A stretch of 64,000 nt of DNA, from positions 71,760 through 135,759 of the forward strand of contig JAQUSJ010000001.1 of NCBI GenBank assembly GCA_028715175.1, read 5' to 3'. Made by a program: the position numbers and the translations under genes. The stretch is from Candidatus Daviesbacteria bacterium. GTDB taxonomy: Bacteria > Patescibacteriota > Microgenomatia > Daviesbacterales > UBA10151. The notes under the pieces are model-generated. The model did no database searches. It had not been told where the DNA came from and worked only from the letters and a program-made list of their open reading frames with translations. Shown piece after piece: positions 57,027-64,000 of the stretch (positions within the stretch are counted from its first letter, which is position 1; each line of letters starts with the position of its first letter).

Positions 57027-58862
57027 GTGAATATCAGAAATTTCTCAATTATTGCTCATATTGACCACGGTAAATCTACTTTGGCAGACAGGCTGCTGGA
57101 GATTTGCCATACGGTTCCACCGGATAAAATGAAGCCGCAGCTTTTAGATTCTTTGGCGCTGGAGCGTGAACGTGGTATTACTATAAAACTTGCTCCTGTA
57201 AGATTGAAATACAATTTAGACGGTGTGGAATATGTCCTAAACCTGATTGATACACCGGGACATGTTGATTTTTCTTATGAGGTTTCCAGAGCTCTGGCAG
57301 CAGTTGAAGGCGCAATACTTTTAGTAGATGCAACCCAGGGTATTCAAGCGCAAACTTTGGCACACGGTTTGGCAGCTCTAGAGCAAAATTTAACGTTAAT
57401 TCCGGTAATAAATAAAATTGATTTACCGAATGCGGATATTGAATCAACAAAAAAACAACTTATAGAAACATTCGGATTTGCAGCAGAGGAGATATTGCTA
57501 GTGTCAGGCAAGACTGGTCAGGGTGTGCAGAAGCTTTTGGAAATAATAATTGAAAAAGTGCCTCCGCCTAAAATAGATCTTTTGTCACAAAGCTTCTCAG
57601 GACTGCAAGTCCTTCGGGCTCTTGTTTTTGATTCGTTTTTTGACAGCTTTAAAGGGGTGGTTGCCCAGGTACGAATTGTTGAAGGCCAGACACCAAAAAC
57701 TCAAGCCCCGATTATTTTTCTGGGGACTAAAGCTTCGGGCCATATCCTGGAAACCGGATTTTTTGCTCCTCAGCTTATTCCAAATAACGGTCTAAAAGCA
57801 GGAGAGATAGGTTATATTGCCACAGGCATTAAAGAGCCGGATTTAGTCAGAGTTGGTGATACAATAACAAGTTTATCGAATATCGAATATGGTACATCGG
57901 AAGACAAAAACGATAACCGATTAACGATAAACGATATACAACCTTTGCCAGGTTATAAGCAGGTTAAACCAATGGTTTTTGTGGGACTTTTTCCCATAGA
58001 CGCTGACGAGTATTTTGAATTGAAAGAAGCTTTGGCTAAATTTAGATTAACTGATCCTGCTTTTTCTTATACTCCGGAGCAATCACGAGCTTTAGGAGCC
58101 GGTTTTCGATGCGGGTTTTTAGGGTTACTTCATGCAGAGGTGGTACAGGAGAGGTTACTAAAAGAATTTAATGTCGATCTTTTGGCGACTGCTCCGTCAG
58201 TTGAATATTTGCTGGATAGAAAACCTATTATTTCACCAAGCGATTTGCCGCAAGGAACCAATATCAAGAATTTAGAAGAACCATGGGTAAATTTAAGGAT
58301 TTTTGTACCACAAACTTATATCGGTTCGGTTATGGAATTAGTACAAGATAAGAGGGGTAAGTTTTTAAACATGCAGCACTTTGGGATCCAAGTTGAACTG
58401 TTGTATGAGATGCCGCTTTCTGAGATGGTGACTAACTTTTATGATAAATTAAAATCAGTTTCTTCCGGTTTTGCTTCCCTGGACTGGGAGTTTTTGGATT
58501 TTCGGGAAGCGGATGCGGTCAGGGTAGATATTTTGGTTTCCGGGGAAAAAGTAGATGCTCTCTCAACTATTGTTTTTAGACCTAAGGCGGAAAGTTTTGG
58601 CAGGAGGATGGTGGAAAAATTAAAAGAAGTGCTGCCTCGGCAAAATTTTACTATTGCAATTCAAGCTGCTATTGGCGGGACTATTATTGCCAGGGAAACA
58701 GTCAGTCCTTTCAGAAAAGATGTTACAGCTAAACTTTATGGAGGAGATAGGACCAGAAAAGACAAACTTTTGGAAAAACAGAAAAAGGGTAAAAAGAAAA
58801 TGAAGACGATCGGTAGGGTACAGATACCGCAGGAAGCATTTTTAAGCGTTTTAAAATCTTAA
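57027..58862 (+). CDS. lepA: Elongation factor 4 (LepA)
   Basis: 'IRNFSIIAHIDHGKSTLADRLL', 'DTPGHVDF' and 'NKIDL' G-domain motifs, plus the LepA C-terminal domain. Confidence 0.95.
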   Translation: MNIRNFSIIAHIDHGKSTLADRLLEICHTVPPDKMKPQLLDSLALERERGITIKLAPVRLKYNLDGVEYVLNLIDTPGHVDFSYEVSRALAAVEGAILLVDATQGIQAQTLAHGLAALEQNLTLIPVINKIDLPNADIESTKKQLIETFGFAAEEILLVSGKTGQGVQKLLEIIIEKVPPPKIDLLSQSFSGLQVLRALVFDSFFDSFKGVVAQVRIVEGQTPKTQAPIIFLGTKASGHILETGFFAPQLIPNNGLKAGEIGYIATGIKEPDLVRVGDTITSLSNIEYGTSEDKNDNRLTINDIQPLPGYKQVKPMVFVGLFPIDADEYFELKEALAKFRLTDPAFSYTPEQSRALGAGFRCGFLGLLHAEVVQERLLKEFNVDLLATAPSVEYLLDRKPIISPSDLPQGTNIKNLEEPWVNLRIFVPQTYIGSVMELVQDKRGKFLNMQHFGIQVELLYEMPLSEMVTNFYDKLKSVSSGFASLDWEFLDFREADAVRVDILVSGEKVDALSTIVFRPKAESFGRRMVEKLKEVLPRQNFTIAIQAAIGGTIIARETVSPFRKDVTAKLYGGDRTRKDKLLEKQKKGKKKMKTIGRVQIPQEAFLSVLKS

Positions 58863-58865
58863 TTT

Positions 58866-59837
58866 ATGAAAATAATAAAACCTGCAAAACTTTGTCTAGG
58901 AGATACCATTGGGATTGTGGCTTCATCTTTGCCAGTCCTTGATACCCATAAAGAGAAATATCAAAAAGGGAAAAAGTTGATTCAGGAAATGGGTTTTAAG
59001 ATTAAAGAAGGGAAAACTATTGGCCAGAAGAGATGGTGGATGGCAGGAACCCCTAAAGAGGTAGCCCAAGATATAAATTCCATGTTCTTAGATAAACAGA
59101 TTAGGGCAATTATGGCTCATACTGGAGGATATTCTGCAATCTCGGTGATAGAACATTTAGATTATGGTTTGATAGTCCAAAATCCAAAACCATTTATTGG
59201 GATGTCTGATACGACTATTTATCATCTGGCGATTTTTGAAAGATGCGGTATGGTGGGATTCCATATGGATGATTTAAGTTATGGATTCGGCAGGGAATTG
59301 AAGGAAGGAATGGAAAACTGGCCTAAGCTAAACCAAGAACTATTTTTGAAGTTTCTAACCAAAACTCAAGCTCCCGGAATAATAAAACCAATCACTGAAT
59401 GGGAAGAATGGAAAAAAGGGCAAGCTTCTGGCCATTTGATGGGAGGAATTTTAGAAAGAATTTCTACATTATCCGGTACAAAATATTTTCCTAATTTGGA
59501 TTTGTTTGAAGGTGGTGTGTTATTTTGGGAAGAAATTGGTAAAGATTTATCAGAAATCTACCAATATCTTTATCAGCTAAAAAATATGGGGATTTTTGAA
59601 AAAATAAACGGGATGTTGATTGGAAAAATTAAATATTCCAAACCGCTGAGACAACAAGTAGTAGAACCTACCCTAAAAGAAATGGTCTTGGAAATTTTGA
59701 AAGATTATAATTTTCCTATCATGGCTAATATGGATTTTGGCCATTTTACCGTCAATATCCCCATGCCAATTGGTATCAAAGTTTCTTTTGATACTGCCAA
59801 AAAAGAATTAAAATTTTTAGAAGGAGCAGTTGTTTAA
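58866..59837 (+). CDS. ldcA: LD-carboxypeptidase (S66 family, muramoyltetrapeptide carboxypeptidase-like)
   Basis: 'LCLGDTIGIVASS' and 'IRAIMAHTGGYS' Ser/His-containing blocks. Confidence 0.75.
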   Translation: MKIIKPAKLCLGDTIGIVASSLPVLDTHKEKYQKGKKLIQEMGFKIKEGKTIGQKRWWMAGTPKEVAQDINSMFLDKQIRAIMAHTGGYSAISVIEHLDYGLIVQNPKPFIGMSDTTIYHLAIFERCGMVGFHMDDLSYGFGRELKEGMENWPKLNQELFLKFLTKTQAPGIIKPITEWEEWKKGQASGHLMGGILERISTLSGTKYFPNLDLFEGGVLFWEEIGKDLSEIYQYLYQLKNMGIFEKINGMLIGKIKYSKPLRQQVVEPTLKEMVLEILKDYNFPIMANMDFGHFTVNIPMPIGIKVSFDTAKKELKFLEGAVV

Positions 59838-60486
59838 TATGAATAAAATTAAAGCAGTGCTTTTTGATATGGATGGACTGATGGTGGACACTGAACCTAT
59901 ACACCTTCGGGCTTTTAATTATGCACTGGGGAAATATGGCAAACATTTAACAGAGGAGGGAAATACCAGAAGGTATATTGGAACTCCTGATATTGATGGA
60001 GCAAAGGATATGGTGTTGAGATTTAGTTTACCTATATCTGCTCAAGAGCTTGTTATGGTTAAGAAAGCAAGGGTTAAAGAACTGCTGACAAGTCTAGAAC
60101 CAGAACCAGGTCTAATTGAACTGCTGGCAAACTTGAAGCAAAACGATTACAAAGTTGCAATTGCTTCCAGTTCTTACTTAGAAACGATAAGAAAAATTAT
60201 TCAAGATCTGGGAGTTGCTAAGATGATTGATAAATTAGCTTCTGCTGAAGAAGTCAAACAAGGTAAACCAGCACCTGATGTGTATTTACTAGCTGCAGAA
60301 AAATTAGGGGTAAGCCCTAGTGAATGTTTAGTGCTAGAAGATGCACCAAAAGGAGTTCAAGCAGGCAAGTTAGCTGGAATGAAAGTTTTTGCAATTCCCA
60401 GTCAGTACACAAAAGATGGGGATTTTAGTTTGGCAGATAAAGTATTGAGCAGTTTGTCTGAGGTGTTTGATTTAATTAACCTCTGA
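59830..60486 (+). CDS. HAD-superfamily hydrolase (beta-phosphoglucomutase-like subfamily IA)
   Basis: 'AVLFDMDGLMVDTE' motif I and 'VLEDAPKGVQAG' motif IV. Confidence 0.75.
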   Translation: MFNMNKIKAVLFDMDGLMVDTEPIHLRAFNYALGKYGKHLTEEGNTRRYIGTPDIDGAKDMVLRFSLPISAQELVMVKKARVKELLTSLEPEPGLIELLANLKQNDYKVAIASSSYLETIRKIIQDLGVAKMIDKLASAEEVKQGKPAPDVYLLAAEKLGVSPSECLVLEDAPKGVQAGKLAGMKVFAIPSQYTKDGDFSLADKVLSSLSEVFDLINL

Positions 60487-61231
60487 TAATTTTACAACTG
60501 GGACATCTTAGGGATTCTGCCTCATAAATTTTGGCGACTTGGTTTGATAATTTAAAGATTAATTCTGATCCCTCGTCAACTTTAAAAATATCAGGATTAT
60601 TGTCAAAAGACAGAGTGGCAGCTCCCCTAACCAATTTAAAAGTAGCTGTATCCTCATCCTTGAAAAAAACAGCTGGAATTTTTTCAGTAGTATTGTTAAA
60701 AGCTAACCCCCAACCTTTTTTAAAAGTTTGTCCGGTGATGCTTTTAAAATAACCGGTGGAGCCAAAAGGAGTAGATAAAACTATTCCGTCTCCAATGAAA
60801 AGCTGATTATTTATAGATCCTTCGACTCTCCGGCTTCCGCCGGATCGCTCAGGATGACTCGTTTCGCTCGTCACCTGGAAACGGATAGTATGTATAGGTT
60901 GGGCATTCCTGATGACAAAATCATTTAATGCTGTAAATGTCTGATATAAAATTGTAGTTTCCAGCTTTTTATACTCTTTTGTTTTTAACCCTCCTTCAAG
61001 CAGGCGCTTTAATAGAGTTTTTTCATCATGTTCGGGACATTTTTTACAAACGGAACTGGCCCTAATAGGTAATTTGGGAATTCCCGGATAAATTCTTTCT
61101 GAATACAAAAGAGTACCGTCTCCACCATAACTTATGATTACGTCAGGATTGGAATGAACTATTTCAAAACCGAAGCTTTTTACAAGCCCTATTATGTTTT
61201 TTGCATTTTTACCAATTAGTAATGTTTTCAT
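60476..61231 (-). CDS. nadK: NAD kinase, with an in-frame palindromic-element insertion
   Basis: 'GGDGTLL' and 'GSTGY' motifs. The inserted element is translated as 'ETSHPERSGGSRRVEGSINN'. Confidence 0.8.
   Translation of the reverse strand: MKTLLIGKNAKNIIGLVKSFGFEIVHSNPDVIISYGGDGTLLYSERIYPGIPKLPIRASSVCKKCPEHDEKTLLKRLLEGGLKTKEYKKLETTILYQTFTALNDFVIRNAQPIHTIRFQVTSETSHPERSGGSRRVEGSINNQLFIGDGIVLSTPFGSTGYFKSITGQTFKKGWGLAFNNTTEKIPAVFFKDEDTATFKLVRGAATLSFDNNPDIFKVDEGSELIFKLSNQVAKIYEAESLRCPSCKIIRG
60813..60860. repeat. Half palindromic element (GATCCTTCG...CGCTCAGGATGAC) in frame in nadK; 42 bp identical to 47224-47265
   Basis: Read directly. Confidence 0.85.
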
Positions 61232-61290
61232 AGGCTCATGATACTACAATTTCTATAAATATTTCAGGTATACTAAAATATTAAGTTTCT

Positions 61291-62529
61291 ATGGCACCTA
61301 AAATTTCACCATTTATAACCCTTAAAATTCCGGTTTTTAGGAATTTTTTATTCGGAACATTTATTTCGGAGATTGGCAATCAGATGCAAATAGTGGCGGT
61401 AGCATGGCAAGTCTATGAGTTGACCCGGAATCCCGCTTCGTTAGGTTTAATCGGTCTTGCGAATTTTTTGCCGGTGCTTGCCTTTTCTTTAATTGGAGGT
61501 TTGGTTGCAGATAAAGCAGACAGGAAAAAACTTTTAATTTTGAGCCAAAGCACTTTATCTCTGATCGCATTTATTTTGTTTTTTTTAACTGCAACTCATT
61601 TTATTAATCCATTGATAATTTATTTTATGCTGATGCTGAATTCAATTGCAGCTTCGTTTTCACTCCCCGCCAGACAGGCAGTTTTACCGAACCTGTTGCC
61701 TAAAAAGTTATTTATGAATGCTGTTTCCATACATACTCTGCAATTTCAATCCGCTGTTTTGATCGGTCCCGCTATAGCAGGGTTTTTGATAGGAGGATTT
61801 GGAGTAGCATCGGTTTATCTTTTGAATGCCGTTTCGTTTTTAATTTTTACTGGCAGCATCCTTACGATTAAGGTGCCGCTGAATTTAAAAACTGAAGCAG
61901 TTGAGTTTAACTTAAACTCGATTCTGGACGGGATTAAGTTTGTTGTATCCACCCCGATTCTATATTCAACAATGATATTGGATTTTCTGGCAACATTTTT
62001 TGGGACAGCAAATATTTTAATGCCTATCTTTGCAAAAGAGATTTTGCGTGTTGGTCCTGAAGGGTTGGGACTCTTGTATTCTGCGCCTGCAGTAGGAGCT
62101 GTTGTTGCGGGATTGTTACTATCTTTTTTCCACTACCACCGGCTTAAAAATCAAGGCAAGATGATTATTATTTCCATTATTCTCTATGGCGCGGCAACGA
62201 TCGGTTTTGGTTTGTCCAAAAATTTACCATTGTCTCTGTTTTTCTTAAGTCTGGCGGGATTCGGAGATATGATTTCTTCGGTTATCAGGAACACTATTAG
62301 ACAGCTTATAACACCGGATCATTTGCGGGGGAGGATGGTTTCGATTATGAGGATTTTCTTCCAGGGTGGGCCCCAACTGGGGGAAATTGAAGCAGGGTTT
62401 TTAGCAAAAGTCATCGGCGGGCCTGCATCGGTTGTGATTGGGGGAGTTGGGGTAATACTCATTACCTCCTTGATTGCCTGGCGGAATAAAAGTTTGAGAA
62501 ATTATCAGGGAAAAGAATTGGCGGTTTAG
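61291..62529 (+). CDS. MFS transporter
   Basis: 12-TM topology and 'GGLVADKADRKKLL' MFS loop motif. Confidence 0.7.
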   Translation: MAPKISPFITLKIPVFRNFLFGTFISEIGNQMQIVAVAWQVYELTRNPASLGLIGLANFLPVLAFSLIGGLVADKADRKKLLILSQSTLSLIAFILFFLTATHFINPLIIYFMLMLNSIAASFSLPARQAVLPNLLPKKLFMNAVSIHTLQFQSAVLIGPAIAGFLIGGFGVASVYLLNAVSFLIFTGSILTIKVPLNLKTEAVEFNLNSILDGIKFVVSTPILYSTMILDFLATFFGTANILMPIFAKEILRVGPEGLGLLYSAPAVGAVVAGLLLSFFHYHRLKNQGKMIIISIILYGAATIGFGLSKNLPLSLFFLSLAGFGDMISSVIRNTIRQLITPDHLRGRMVSIMRIFFQGGPQLGEIEAGFLAKVIGGPASVVIGGVGVILITSLIAWRNKSLRNYQGKELAV

Positions 62530-62567
62530 ACTCTTTAACCCGGACTAAATCAGAGTCTTGACAAGAA

Positions 62568-62594
62568 CTAGCAGTCGATGTAAACTACTGCTAG
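62568..62594 (+). promoter_or_regulatory. CIRCE-like HrcA operator (CTAGCAGTC-N9-TACTGCTAG), overlapping the promoter of hrcA (TTGACA at 62558)
   Basis: 8 of 9 positions form an inverted repeat with a 9-nt spacer. The core TAGCA..TGCTA matches CIRCE TTAGCACTC-N9-GAGTGCTAA. Confidence 0.55.
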
Positions 62595-62603
62595 TTTATT
62601 AGT

Positions 62604-63332
62604 ATGGCTGAACTTTCAGATCGACAACGAGCACTTTTAAAAGCAATAATAGAAGAATATATCGAGTTTGCCGAGCCGGTTGGATCTGAGATTATTGAAA
62701 GAAAATATAATCTGGGGGTTTCCCCTGCCACTATTAGAATTGAAATGGGACGTTTAACAGACAGCGGGTATCTCCGTCAGCCCCATACGTCTGCCGGAAG
62801 GGCGCCAACATCAACAGGGATGAGATTTTATATTGCTGAGCTGATGAACGAAAAACAGCTTCCAATTGCGGCTGAAGTTTCGATTAAAGAGAAACTGATG
62901 TCGCAAAGATATAAACAAGAGAGGCTTTTGAAAGAGGCTGTTTTATCGCTGGCCCAAAGGCTTGATATGTTAGGTTTGGTAATTGATGATGAAGGTCAAA
63001 TATTCTATGCCGGTGCGGCAAACATTTTGGATTGGCCGGAATTTTATGATATTGATGTGACCAGATTTGTTCTGTCGCTTTTTGATGAAAACCCCAGGTT
63101 ACAGGAAATTATCGGGAGGGCTGTCGGATCTGATCCGGTGCATATCTTGTTTGGCGAAGATATGGAATTTGAATATTTGCGGCCGACAAGCTTTGTTTTT
63201 ACAAAATATGATGCGAATGAAGGTAAAACCGGAGTGGTTGGGGTGATAGGTCCAGCCAGGATGAATTTCCCGCTGGTTTTGCCTTATGTAAAATATGTCA
63301 GAAATATGTTAACTGAAGCAATGAGAATTTAG
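62604..63332 (+). CDS. hrcA: Heat-inducible transcription repressor HrcA
   Basis: 'LSDRQRALLKAIIEEYIEFAEPVGSEII' winged-helix N-terminus. The operon continues into grpE-dnaK. Confidence 0.9.
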   Translation: MAELSDRQRALLKAIIEEYIEFAEPVGSEIIERKYNLGVSPATIRIEMGRLTDSGYLRQPHTSAGRAPTSTGMRFYIAELMNEKQLPIAAEVSIKEKLMSQRYKQERLLKEAVLSLAQRLDMLGLVIDDEGQIFYAGAANILDWPEFYDIDVTRFVLSLFDENPRLQEIIGRAVGSDPVHILFGEDMEFEYLRPTSFVFTKYDANEGKTGVVGVIGPARMNFPLVLPYVKYVRNMLTEAMRI

Positions 63333-63357
63333 TAGTATGTAGAATGTAGTAAGTAGT

Positions 63358-63360
<3 letters not shown>
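63330..63360. repeat. Heptamer array (GTAGTAT / GTAGAAT / GTAGTAA / GTAGTAT) between hrcA and grpE; the last unit supplies the grpE ATG
   Basis: 'tagtagtatgtagaatgtagtaagtagtatggg'. Confidence 0.7.

Positions 63361-64000
<640 letters not shown>

Overview
The window is gene-dense, low-GC (roughly 38-40% by eye) bacterial chromosome with almost no intergenic space and many overlapping start and stop codons. Several hallmarks resemble small-genome Candidate Phyla Radiation / Patescibacteria-type organisms, but this is an inference. The hallmarks are an epimerase-DUF4012 fusion, a SemiSWEET, a four-helix-bundle 'IVS' protein, a FemAB-family protein, weak ribosome-binding sites and a mostly housekeeping plus cell-envelope gene content. 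Recognisable genes include the heat-shock set hrcA-grpE-dnaK and groES-groEL with CIRCE-like operators, plus valS, metG, tsaD, ahcY, murB, murJ, lepA, tpiA, trxA, rplY, rpsT, sbcCD and a UvrD/PcrA helicase. Two cell-envelope glycan loci lie at 1-5 kb and 30-36 kb. No rRNA, tRNA or CRISPR array was found. Two features stand out. (1) A ~4.7-kb AT-rich cassette at 25.5-30.3 kb is bounded by near-identical 78-bp direct repeats that duplicate the 3' end of a PH-domain gene. It encodes a complete thiazole/oxazole-type RiPP (TOMM/LAP-like) pathway. This comprises a Cys/Pro-rich precursor peptide, a YcaO cyclodehydratase, a SagB-type dehydrogenase, an M16 leader peptidase and a divergent SAM methyltransferase. 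(2) The chromosome is riddled with short selfish-looking repeats inserted in frame inside conserved housekeeping genes, including tsaD, sbcD, the helicase, the FemAB-family gene, the NAD kinase gene, tatD and holA. One family is an imperfect palindrome of about 60-70 bp with the core GTCATCCTGAGCG...CGCTCAGGATGAC. Others are heptanucleotide tandem arrays, one encoding SRQSSDK-like peptides and one encoding TTNY-like peptides; several unrelated 7-mer arrays (CTAGANN, GTAACAA) are also present. This situation resembles the Rickettsia palindromic elements. Other oddities are a 167-aa ORF wedged between groES and groEL, an in-frame TAA splitting tatD, a compositionally atypical GHMP-kinase gene followed by a promoter-to-terminator candidate small RNA, and an orphan Cas4-like nuclease.
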